Virus record (IMG/VR): IMGVR_UViG_3300031867_000007
Coordinates: 1-64,000 of that record
Length of the DNA: 64,000 nucleotides
Origin: a virus
Taxonomy: Duplodnaviria; Heunggongvirae; Uroviricota; Caudoviricetes
Direction: 5' to 3' (one strand)
Shown: positions 32,094-44,500 of the stretch, in pieces
Numbering within the stretch: position 1 is the stretch's first letter
Layout: each line of letters starts with the position of its first letter
The notes under the pieces: model-generated
Seen by the model: the letters and a program-made list of their open reading frames with translations, nothing else
What the model was told of the DNA's origin: nothing
The model's database searches: none
Translations under genes and position numbers: made by a program

Positions 32094-33644
32094 TTAAAAG
32101 TAATTTGTGTCTAAGACTATTAATTGATATGCATTTCCCGAACTAATTGTGTATCTTATACACATATATAATTTATGTGCTGTTAATTCTGAGTCACCTA
32201 TAATAATATTATTTTCACCATCTACAAAATTAATTGTACCACCTTTATACAAAACTCCTATGAAAAAATAAGTTAGGTAAGGTGATAAACTACCAGAAAC
32301 ACTAGAATCATTAGACATTATATCAGGTAGAATAACTGTTAATGTTTTATTATCATCAACACCAGCTCTAATAAATAAACCATTATAACAACTGTCTATT
32401 GTTCTGTCATTATTATACAGACTAAGTTGTGGTTGATATAAAGGTTTTATATCAAACCAACCATTTTTTTGATAAACGGCTTCTTCTGATATGATTACTC
32501 CTCCTGCTCGCATAAACCCTATAAAATGAATAAATTCATTTGTACCAATAAATTCAAATAATGTTCTAGTTAAACCAGGCCTTACACTTTCCCATTTGAT
32601 AACATCTTCACAACAATTATTAAAGCTAAACCAATGCGAACCTGTAAAACTTTCTGTTGCTCTAAAATTTTTAAAAATATTACATTGTGTGTAATTTAGT
32701 TTAATACCAATACTTGAAATTCCTTCTAAACCAAAATTGAAGAATTTATTACCATTAAACCTGTCTGTTTGTTCTGTTCCCTTTTGTGTTTCGATTCCAA
32801 TAGCAGATGATATTCGACCACCATAAAATTGATTTTCGTTAATCCATGGGTTGCCATTATTACCGCATTTTAATAAAATTCCATGTTCCGTTGTATACAT
32901 GCTATTCCAGCTTATTTTGTTGTATTGTATACCTTTTGTATTATTTGATTCTAATATAATACCCTTTTTAGTATTTAAAATTGAACCCACGTTTAAATTC
33001 AAACTAGCTACTATATTCGTATCTGCTAATATATGAATACCATTTCCTATATTTGTAGATGTTATATGATTAATGTTAATATTAGCACCAGAAATATTAT
33101 CAATTTTAAAAGCATCAATATCATTTAATAATATAATATCTCCACAACTTTCAAAATTACATAGTGAGGTTCCAAACACCAAAGTAGAAGATATTGCATG
33201 GTTACCGTTACAAATTACTTTATATTTATTACTAGCTAAATTAATAGCTTTTTGAATAAAAGTACTATCATTAGTAATTCCATCTGCTTTAGCCCCCAAC
33301 TGTTTTGGATTTATTGTTTCATTAAGCAAAAGAGTAGCATAAAAGCCATTATTTAATAATTCTTGATGTTTAGATGTGTCCTGTGTGCTAACAATTACAT
33401 ACTCTCCTGAACCACTATCATTTGGCTCATAGTACCCTTCTGTAATTGCCATGTCTCCAGCTTTCAACTTTGTATCTGCTTTCATATCTGCAACACTATT
33501 ATAATAATATGGTTTTTTATTTATTTTATTAACCAAAGTTTCTCCATCTTCCATATCTATATGTTCAGCATCAACAGATAATGGAATAGAAGCGCTATAT
33601 GAACCATCTTGCTGTTCTAATTTTATATATTTTAATTTATCCAT
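32094..33644 (-). CDS. Tailspike with right-handed beta-helix (pectate-lyase-like) domain, paralogue 1
   Basis: Carries the shared N-terminal module plus NGNHAISSTLVF-type beta-helix repeats. GGAGG RBS. Confidence 0.6.
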   Translation of the reverse strand: MDKLKYIKLEQQDGSYSASIPLSVDAEHIDMEDGETLVNKINKKPYYYNSVADMKADTKLKAGDMAITEGYYEPNDSGSGEYVIVSTQDTSKHQELLNNGFYATLLLNETINPKQLGAKADGITNDSTFIQKAINLASNKYKVICNGNHAISSTLVFGTSLCNFESCGDIILLNDIDAFKIDNISGANININHITSTNIGNGIHILADTNIVASLNLNVGSILNTKKGIILESNNTKGIQYNKISWNSMYTTEHGILLKCGNNGNPWINENQFYGGRISSAIGIETQKGTEQTDRFNGNKFFNFGLEGISSIGIKLNYTQCNIFKNFRATESFTGSHWFSFNNCCEDVIKWESVRPGLTRTLFEFIGTNEFIHFIGFMRAGGVIISEEAVYQKNGWFDIKPLYQPQLSLYNNDRTIDSCYNGLFIRAGVDDNKTLTVILPDIMSNDSSVSGSLSPYLTYFFIGVLYKGGTINFVDGENNIIIGDSELTAHKLYMCIRYTISSGNAYQLIVLDTNYF

Positions 33645-33717
33645 TTTTTTCCTCCTTTATTTCAAAATTTTTCATTCAATTCTAATACTATATAAAAAGA
33701 GGGACAAATTGTTTATC

Positions 33718-33936
33718 CTAATTTGTCCCTTCTTCGTTATCATTTGCGGCAGCCGGTTCTTCATCCTCAGAGTTAGATTTTTGTGCGGTTGTCGCATCTT
33801 CTATTCTACAATATTCAAAATATTTTTCTTCAATCTCTTGCATAATACTTTTCATAATAAAATATACTGCATCAATTGACATTCCACTTTCATTAATTGT
33901 TTTTACAATTTTTTGTTCAAAATCTCTAAAAATCAT
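33718..33936 (-). CDS. Small acidic protein (possible fibre assembly factor)
   Basis: AAAGGAGA RBS. It is followed by a hairpin terminator at 33699-33730. Confidence 0.4.
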   Translation of the reverse strand: MIFRDFEQKIVKTINESGMSIDAVYFIMKSIMQEIEEKYFEYCRIEDATTAQKSNSEDEEPAAANDNEEGTN

Positions 33937-33951
33937 ATCCTTTTGTCTCCT

Positions 33952-36900
33952 TTAACTCTCTTTATAGTCTACTAATATACCTCTACTAAAATATAAACTT
34001 ATATTTTTCCCATTTCTATCAGTCCAAGAAAAAGATATATTAGTTAACCCGCTATCTTTATTAGGTTTTCCTGTATATAATAAGTCTCCTGTGCTAGTAA
34101 GAATTTTTAAATCCCCTTTAAATTCCATAGAAGCTTGATTAACTATTCCGCCATCTCCAACATTCAAGCCAGAAACTGCAGGATGTTTTGGGTACCTCTC
34201 TCATTGTGAGCCCGCTCCCATCTGCAAATATCCACCATTCGCGGAAACATCTATCGTACTACCAGTAATAGCAGAACTGCTTATACTACCAGAAAAATTT
34301 CCTCCACTAGCATGCAAAGTACCATTATTTTCTACTCTAAAATTATTTCCATAATCTATTAAATCCCCTCTACCGCTATTATATCCAGTACTAGTAATTT
34401 TAATGTTACTAAAAGTTGCATTTCCATTAGCATCAATCTCTCAGTTTGGACCTTTTAAACGACCTGTCGCATAAATATGTGTATTTCCATTACTACTTTT
34501 TAATTCTTCAGAAGTAATAGTTCAACCACCTATTTTTCCACTCTCTGCAGTTAAAGCTCCAGCATTAGTTACCTTAAAATCCTCACCTATTTGTAGAGAA
34601 CCACCTGTAATAGATACATTACTTGCGGTTAAAGCTCCATTTTTAGTAACTTTAAATGTAGAATTTGCTCCAAGAGATATTCCATTAGTTCCAATATAAA
34701 CTCCGGCATTTTCTGAATCTATAGTATCTTTATTATTGTAAATAGCTGAACTACCAATGGTAAATCCACCAATTTTTCCGCTATCAGCAGTAATTTCACC
34801 TTTTATAATAGCATCTTTTGCATATAATTTACCATCTTTATCAACAGCAAATCTATTATTTATTGCTAAATTTAAATTTTCTCTACTAGTTCCATTAATA
34901 GTTCTAGTAAATACACCATCACTACTTGAAAATCTAACATTAGTAGTACTACTTTTAGTTCCTGTAAAAATTGAATCGTCATCTATGTTAAAACCAGCTA
35001 TTGTACCTCCGCCTTTTGCAGTAATATGACCATTAACATCAACTTTAAAATTTCCATTTCCTCATTCGATTAAAGGAGTTGTTAAATCAATAAGCATACC
35101 ACTATTATTTTTATTAGCAGAACCATAGCTAGTAGGCTTTCCATCATCTTTATAATTTTTTCAATAACCATTACTATATAACATAGCTTTACTTGCGGAA
35201 GGGTCTATAATAATCTGTCCTGGGCCGCTTTTCCCAAATATCGCAGAACCATCTTTAGAATTTAAAAATAAACTTCTTTCTCCAGCGCTATATCCGAATA
35301 TTCCAATATCAATTGTATTTTTACCAGCTTCTTTAACGCTTCCCATTAATACACCGGTAAAACTATTATCACTTTCTTTCTGACCAGCACCTATCTGAGG
35401 AGCTAATATAACTCCATTCCCATTTTTATCTATACTAACACTATTGCCATCTCATCCATTAATTGCAGCATGCCCATATTTATTTAATAATAAATGAATT
35501 GGAATGTGTATTCGCGCAACTTCAGTATTACTATTATTTTTTATAATACATTCAAGACCATTAGTTACACACTCTCCATTAAAATTATCTAATGGCTTGT
35601 AAGAGGCTTGATTACGTGCTAATATCATATCTTGTCTATTATATAATCCTAAATGTAAACTATTTACTCAACTTGAATTTACTGAATCATATATTCTTCC
35701 TCTAATATTTCAGTTATAAGTAACCGCATTAGACTGAGTCAATGTACTTATATCTTCAGTCACATTATTTATAATTTTTGTAACCTTTAACTCAAAAGGA
35801 TTAGAATTATCATATTGCGGTTTGCGACCGTCTGCACTATAAGTTGCATATCTAAAACCAGTCCCTTCATTTAAAGAGACTCCATATCCATTTGAAGCCG
35901 TCGCAGTAATAACTGGTATTGTGCAATAATACTGCACATTATCATACGTAACTGTTGCTTTTACTATATTTGCAGGTGAGTTTACACCTTCATAATTTAA
36001 ATAAGTAAATACTCCTGCAGTAGTAACACTTAAGCTTGTAGTATCATAAAGATTAGTTGTATATTTATTTTTTAAAATACTTCATTGAACAACTGCACTT
36101 TTATTTTCGCTAGTATTTCCAGTCGTACTGCCTTCAAAAATTTTAGTTCCATTATGCCATAATTGAACATTAAATCATCTACCACTTTGTCTAGGTGTAT
36201 AATTAATATTTCCATTTAATATCATTGGATATCCAAAATCAGTATTTTGAGTATTAGGAACTATTCTACAAACAAATTCAGTACCATTAGTTCCAGGTTC
36301 TCCCTCTTTTACAAAAGTAAAATCAGTTTCTGTAACTAAATTCATACCTTTATAATTTACAGTTAATTGAATTGTATTATTTGTTTTTCTTACATCATAT
36401 TTATCGTTAATATTATAATAAATTACCTTCTTATCTTTAATCATTAAAGAATTATTATATGGTAGTCATGGATAATCTTGATTTTGTGTTACTTTTATTA
36501 ATGTATTCTCAGAAGGCGCTATTCATTTTATCTCACAGTTAGAAATTATATCATCATCAAGAGCATTTCCTAAATTATCATATACTGTAAAACTCAATGG
36601 TAATATAATTTGTGGATTATCTAAACTATTACTTGCTGGTGAAACTCCTGATTCATTATATTTAAAAGTTTGTGAACCATTGTTTAAAACTAAACTATAA
36701 GCATCTTTTTTATCTAAACTATTTTTAATAACAATAGAAGAAGTGCCAATATAGACACCATTATGATAGACAGAACATTTATAAGTTGCAAAATTTGTTA
36801 TTGTATTTATTTGTAAATGATGTATTTTTCTTCCTTCTATTCTCATGATTTTATCATAACTATTAATCGTTGTCAAATACGTATTTAATTGATCTTGACT

Positions 36901-38388
36901 AGCTGCAGCCATTGCTGTTTCTGCGGCAATTTTTGCTTTAAGGCTTGTATAACCAGCAACCGCATTATTATAAGTATTATTATCTACTGTTGTTTCAGCT
37001 AAAGAATAAAAATTATTATTATTATCTATCTCCGCCCATTGATAAGTATAACTATTACTAGTTGATTCTTGTCCATTTATTAAACAAGTTAATGTAGGGT
37101 TACCAATATCATAATAAAATTGTTCTCCTTTGTCAGAAATAATAGAAATTTCATAAGTAGATGAATAGTTAGTTATAGTAAAAGTTTTACTTAATATAAT
37201 ATCATTATAAATAACTACACATTTATACTTGGTTTCTTTTGCTGCGCTATCACTTTTTCTTACTGTATATTTATAATTTGCGGGAATTCATTCTACTACT
37301 GGAGCAATTCCATTACCACCACTTTTAACTACATTTTTTGAATTTAAACACTTTCAGCCTTGCCCGCCATAAGCATTAAAATTTTCGCTTAAACTTGTAA
37401 TTCCATTATTTTCAACAAATCAATAATATGGTAATTTTTGTGTATCTGGATTTATATATTTTCCTTTAACTCTAACCTGTGCTTGAATAGCTCTAGTAGC
37501 ACTAGCTAAATCATTTTCATCAAAATAAACACCTTGAGGTGTTATAAAACTTAAGCTACATGATTCTAAATCAGATTCGCTTAAGGCTTGACTTCCACAT
37601 ATTTCAAAATTTTTAATAAAAATATCATTTGGTTTAGCAGAGTCTTGATTAGGAAAATCATAACAAAATAAAGATATTTTATTTATATATTGAAAATTAA
37701 TACCATCTATATCAAATATTCCAACTTGTCTTTTAAAATTAGGCATTTTATAAGGATTGCCTTCAAATTGATTTACATCTAATACATAATTTCTAGTAAC
37801 TAATTCTTCACTACCATTATCTTTAAAAACCATTTCATATAAAATTCCATAGTTTCCTCTAAATTGTTGCTCAGTAGGTAAGCTAGTTTTTATTGTAGCT
37901 GCTAAGATAATAGAAGTTGATGATTTTATATATTCATAAATACTTTTTAAATTAAGTCTTAAATGATTAGCAGAACTGCTATTTTTATTATATATTATAT
38001 ATTCATTTGTTGTTTTATAACTACATAAATTATAACTTTTATTGCTTTCAACACAATTATTCCCAATTACTTCAAAAGCCTCTTCACCTTCTGCGGAAAC
38101 TGCATAATTCTTACCCAGTTTACTCACAGAACCTAAAATAGTTTTATCTCTACTCATATCATTACTAGGAACTAAAATATAGACTTCAGAACCATTATTG
38201 TAAGTAACTTCAGAACTTCCTGAGTAGGCATAGAATACGCTATCTTGATACTGAACTTTATATTTTCCAATAGTTTGATCTTCGCAGTTAATAATTTTTG
38301 CTTGAATTGTTTTATCATATCCAGCTTTCTTAACTGCACTATTTACAATAGTTTCAATAGCATCAAGTATTTGATTTTCATACTTCAC
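33952..38388 (-). CDS. Giant tail fibre (about 1,478 aa) with a Met-free Gly/Ser/Thr/Asn repeat region
   Basis: Track ORFs 37420-38388, 36523-36912, 36175-36444, 35710-35937, 35161-35346 and 33952-34167 share one frame. All gaps were translated and contain TGA but no TAA or TAG. GTG start with an AAGGAG RBS. Confidence 0.55.
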
Positions 38389-38471
38389 TCCTTGTCATCT
38401 CCTTTTTTCTCAAACTCTCTTATTTTTTCTCAAAGTCTTATTAAAAATATTATATATATTTACCCAAAATA

Positions 38472-38499
38472 AAAAAGGCGATTAATTTAATCGCCTTAT
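38472..38499 (-). terminator. Hairpin terminator downstream of the tape measure gene
   Basis: The stem aaggcgatta is paired with taatcgcctt. Confidence 0.45.
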
Positions 38500-38502
38500 T
38501 AT

Positions 38503-41500
38503 CTATTTTCTTTTATTTGCTCTCATACTCGCCATATTTACTAAATTATTGAGAGCTTCTTCTATCTCTCTTGAATCTTTTACATTAGGGAATTGTGCAT
38601 CTATATGAACATTTTGTTCTAATACATCATTTCCAACATTAGCTCCAAAATTACCTGCGGTTACCGTAGCTAATTTTCCTAACATTGAGCTTCCTAATAA
38701 TCCAGTAATATTTCTTATAATATTTACTGCATTTAACATATTTGAGGTATCTTCTTTATTTAACACTAATTCTTTTTCATCAAGTAGTGCTAAACGACCT
38801 TCGCTACCTCACATTCCAGTATAACCACCAGTATCATATCTAGACAATTGAGATTTTTTAATCCAACCTAAATCTCTATATTTACCATCTGCACTATGAA
38901 TATGAATTCCATATGGGTTTCCATTAATTGTATCAACAACAATTCCATTTGCAACTCCAGAATATAGACTTCCTGCAGGAGTTGTTCCATAAGAATCATA
39001 ATAATATCTTCCATTATAAGTAGCTGTTTCTCCCAGTACAAGATTTCCATCACCACTTCCAGAACCAGCGCCACCGCCTCTATTATTTCCTGATCCAGAG
39101 CTAGAACCGCTACTTGAATTTGTATTTTGATTTCCTGTACCAGATTTTGCATTTTCTTTACTTGCGGCTGCAGCAGCTTGTCTTTGTTGTCCTGACCAAT
39201 ATTCATAAGCAGCTTTAGTTGCAGCTATTGCCGCATTTCTAGCAGAATTATATTTCTCAACTAATTCATCTAATTGATTTATTACATTTCCAATAGCAGT
39301 TAATTCATCTTCATAAGCATTAATTAATTCTTCATTATTACGTGTTAACTCTTGAGTTTTATCTATATTCGAATCAATACCTTCTCCAAGACTTTCAAAA
39401 TTAACTCTACCAGTTTCTTCTAATTCACTTAATCCATCTTCATAATCTTTAGTTGCTTCATGCAATTGTTCAAAAGATTGTTGACATACTTCTAAGAATC
39501 CACCTTCTCCAGCAAATACATCTGTCATATGTTGAACTCCAGATTCCCAATATGGTAATAAATCTCCCATAATTATTTCTTTTTCTTGGTCTGACATATT
39601 TTGGAAATTAGATGCATCTGTTTCATATAGTATAGCTAAATCATCAAATGCAGATTCAGTTAGATTGTTTCTAATTGTAGCATTTTGCTCTACTAATCCA
39701 TTAATTAATTCTCCATATTGTGTTTGTAATAATAATTCTTTTTCTGCTCTTAGTTCTGGATCATTAATTTGCGCAGCTTCCGCCATTTTTTCTTGGAATT
39801 CAACTCAAACTTCATACATTTGATTTAAATTATCTTGATATCTAGCTTTATCAAAATTATATAATGAATTATACATATCATTTAATTCATCTTGTAATTG
39901 ACCAATCTGATCTTCATCTGCAGTGTATTCATATCTATAATTACCTTGGCTATCTCTTCTTAATCTCATTTTTGTTTTATTTTGTTGAGCTTCTTGAAGA
40001 GCAATTTGTTTTAGAGCAATTTCATATTTTTTATTAGCTCTTTCAATATCATATTCAGTAAGTTTATCACGTTCACGTAAATCCGCAAGCTCTTCGTCCA
40101 TAATCTTTTTAAGTTGTCTTTGTGCGGAAATACTATCTGTATTATCAAGAGCATCTAGATATTTATTTTCAAGCTTTTGAACCTCGTATAATGAATTAAT
40201 TGTATCTAAATATTGGTCTGCATTTTTATTAATTAAGGTCCATTCTTCTTCTATATAATCAAGTCCTAAACCATCAGTAACTTTATTATTCAAATTTTGG
40301 AATATTAAATTAATTGCATTTAAATATTTATCTTGCAAGTTCTCAATAGAACTTTCAATTAAATCATTAAGTTCTCCAACAGCATCTTGTCATTTTTCTT
40401 TTGCATTTTCTCATGCATCAGAACCTTCATCAAGAGCATCTAATTGAGCTCTCCAAAAATCTACTTGTTGTCTTTGGAAATCTAATTGATTATTAAAATT
40501 TTGTTGTTGTTTATCATAGTATTTAGCTAATTGTCCATAAGATTCTTCTCCATAAACTAATGAAACAACTTGCATATCATGGTCTATTAAATCACTAATC
40601 ATTTCGTAAGACTTAATTTGTTCATCGAATTTTTCTTGAGCTTCATCCATCATGTCTAAATAAGATTCATGGATTTCTTTTTGTAATTCTAATACATCTT
40701 CAAGGTTACTCATTAACTCTTCATAATATTTCTTTAAATCATCTAATGCAGCAGTTCTGTTGTCTCCATATACACTAGACCATCCGCTATTATCCATTTG
40801 ATTTAATTCAGCTAATGTATTATCTACTTGTTTTCTTAATGCTTGGACTATACCAGTATTATCATCTTTATAGTAAGAAGAAAAGTCTACTAATCTAGCC
40901 ATTGCATTTCCAAGTATATCATCATCTTCAATTTCATCAATAATTTTCTTTTTGAAATCATTTCAATCTCTTTCAGCTTCAGCAAGATCTAATCTAATTT
41001 CAATTTCCATATCAAATTTTTCAATTTGAAGATCTATTTTTTCATCAATAGCATCTTGGATATCTTTTTCGAGTCCTGGAATTAAATCAGTTACAACTTC
41101 GTCATATCTATCTAAGTCTTTTGTAAATTTATCAAAATCTTTTTTTGCTTGTTCAATAGTGTCTTTATAACTTTCTTGAGCTTCTGCGCTCATATGATTA
41201 TATTCATTTATTAAACCGTTTACATAATTTAATTGTGAAGCATATACTTGAGCATAATTAGCAATAGTTCCATCAGCATTAAAAGACACTCCTTTTCCAG
41301 ACAACTTGTTTTTTAATTCAACTGCTTCCTCTTTAGCTATACCAATTTTTGTTGATGTTGTTCCAATTTGTTTATTTAATAAATCAAGGCGTTTATTTAA
41401 ATTAGAAATTAAATCTTTACCAAAAAGTTTCTTTTTCTGCTTATCTATTTTATCTAATTCAGTTTCAATACCTTTTAATTGAATATCAACGTCATGATAA

Positions 41501-44500
41501 CGATTAATTTCTTTTTCTAGCGGATCCATTTTATTTGGTTTTTTGGCGCTTCCGCCTCCACCGCCGCCCTTTTTTCCGCCTCCACCGCCACTAGACTTTC
41601 CTGGAGCTTTTCCACCTGAATTTTTTGAAGAATAGTTGTTAAAAGATCCACCAGGAGCTTTTTTAATTCCACTAATTTTAGGTTGTTTTCCATTGGTAGC
41701 TAAAGCCATAACAGGAACAGTAACATCTGTCTCTACTGGAGCTAAAGGTGTAACTGTATCTATTGCAGTATACTCAGGAACTTCAGTAACAGTTCCATCA
41801 CTAGATGTGAATTTTTTAGTTGATGCTGCAATTACTTCATGTTTTGTTTGAGTAGGAGTAATTGATTGTTTTTGTTGTATAGTATCTGTCTCATAAGTAG
41901 GTTCAATTCCTAAAGCACTAAATACTGCATTAGCTTGTTCAACTGTCATTTGACAATCTGTAATTAATTTATTTAATGCTTCTATAAAATGAGTATCATC
42001 AACAACAATATCTTGACCTATTACAAAGCCATTCATAGCCTCTTGAGCTTGTTCTCTTAAAGATATAAAATCAGCTAATAAACTCTCTTTTTGTTCACCT
42101 AGCTTATTATTTATAATGATATTAGTTATTATATCTTCACTTAAAGCATCTCTTAATCCTTCAATAGCATCTTCACTACCATTAGCTATCTCTTGAATAT
42201 CACTCAAATGCTCTTTAATAAAGCTATGAGAAATATAATCTGCTTCAGTGTCATAAACATCAGCTAATGCATTTTTCATATTATACATCGCTTCTGCATA
42301 TTCTTGACTAGCTACAGAACTTTCTTGAATTATATCAGTTCAATCTTCCATGTTATCAGCTAATGTTTCAATAGCTTTATTCATTTTAATAACTCTAAAG
42401 GCAAACTCTACCGCTGTATCTGAATCATATTTTAAATTGTCTCCAACAGACTGTTCAGACTCTGCAATTTCCATTAGATTTTTTGCATAAACTCTAATAT
42501 CATCTTCGTATTCTGCAAATTTTTTCTTACTTAAATCACTACCATATTCTTCAATATCAGATTTTTTTAATTCCATAGAACTAGCGATAGCATCATTAAT
42601 ATCTCATTTATAACTAGATAATGCATTTTGAAAATTTTCTGCAAACTGAGTTCCAGAATCAAAACCTAATTCTACAATTGCTTTATCATCTAACCCAAAT
42701 AAATTTTTAATACCTTCTTCATCTAAATTTTGTAACTCTTTTGCTTCATCTGGATTTAATCTACTAAATAAGCTTGATAAATCAAATTCTTTAGTTTTAC
42801 TTGATATTGCATTTGTAAGAGCTTGTGAAAAATCTGTTCCATATTTAGCTCCTGCTTTTGCAGCGTCTATTCTTGCCTGATTAAAAGTATCTAAAAAGCT
42901 TTGAGTATCAGTCTCCGCCTCAGCCTGAATTCTTGAATTTTCATAATCTCTTGCTAAATCTGAATATATTTGAGCACGCATTTTTGCTCTAGCATCTTTA
43001 TTAGATGCATCTAAAACTGCTTCTCCAGAATCATCTAAGAATTTATCACCTTTTCAAGTCTTTCCAGTAACATCAATACCCATTAATTGTGCATAAGCTT
43101 CTGCTAAATCCTTATTGCTATCTAGATTAGAACGACCTAAACGTTTATTTAGCTCTTCATCAGAAAGACCCTTTCTCTTTAAAGCATCTGTAACCTCTTT
43201 ATTTAAATTCTTATTAACTCCAGCAATCGCACCCATTAAACTTGAACCAGCAGCCCATTGACTGAACTCGTGGCTTCAAGCTTCTTGAGAAGTCAACTTA
43301 TCTCCTTTTAGATTTGCAGATTGATTATTTCTTCTTTCCTCAGCTTCTCTTTCTTTTCTAGTTATTTCTTCTTGAACTTTAGAACTATTTACTATATCTA
43401 ATATTTGTTGATATAAACCTTGATCTATCTGACCTGTTTTTGCATTAGTAGCCATACGCGCAATCTGACTACCATATTTCTCTTCTACAAAAATTTTATT
43501 TATTTCTGAATAATACCTTTTATTAGCTTCTGCTGCTTGTGTAGTACTTTCTGCTAAATCAATAAAAGCATTTCTATTCTCTGCAATTTGTTTGGCAAGA
43601 ATTTCTAAACCATGATTACCTTCATAAGTTTTTTTAACTCATTCTTCCATAGCTTCATTGCTATTTCTTACTTTATCGTATTGAATTTCATCTTCTTCTT
43701 TTAATTTTTGTAAAGATGATGTAATATCTGTAACTTGACTATTTGTAACACCAATATTTGCATTTAATACGGCTATTGGATCTTGAAGAGATTTAATATT
43801 TCTTATTAAATCTATTGGAGTAGCTTTTCCAACTTCTCGTCCAGTATCTGTTGTTTCAGATCTAATATTTGCTTCATTAGATTGTATTTTTGCAGCATAC
43901 ATTCTTTTTGCAGCTTCTTGTGCGTCAGCATTAATTTGACCTTGTAATTCTTCTAATGTACCTTTTTGAAAAGTTAATAAACCATTTTTATATTCAGCCT
44001 TGTCATATAAATTATATGTCTCCATTAATTCTTTTGCGGTTGCATTAGCTTTTTCTAAAGCCTCATTATATTCTTCTGTGCCTTGTTTCAAATCTTTTAA
44101 TTCATTTTTTGCATCATTATAGTCACTAATAGTTTTCTTTAATTCTTCAGCTTTATTTTTTAATTCCTCATATTGTTTAGTTAACTCTGCGGCATTTTTA
44201 GCAGCTTCTTTTGCGGCGTCTGCATCTTTATTATAAGCTTTATATAATGATATTCCAACTGCTACAACTGCAGCTATTGCTGCGGCTATTGCTAATAAAA
44301 CTAACCATAATGGGCCTAATGCAGTTTTGAAAGTTAATACTGAAATAGTAGCTTGTTTAAAGCTTAAGTCTGCTGCAGTTGTACCTGCTGTAACCGCACC
44401 CATGCCAACAGCTAAACTAGGCATTAAAGTTTTTATCGCTCCAAAACTTGTAATTAATATTGGTAATGTTGCTACTAATGTTGTTAATATTCTTTTAAAC

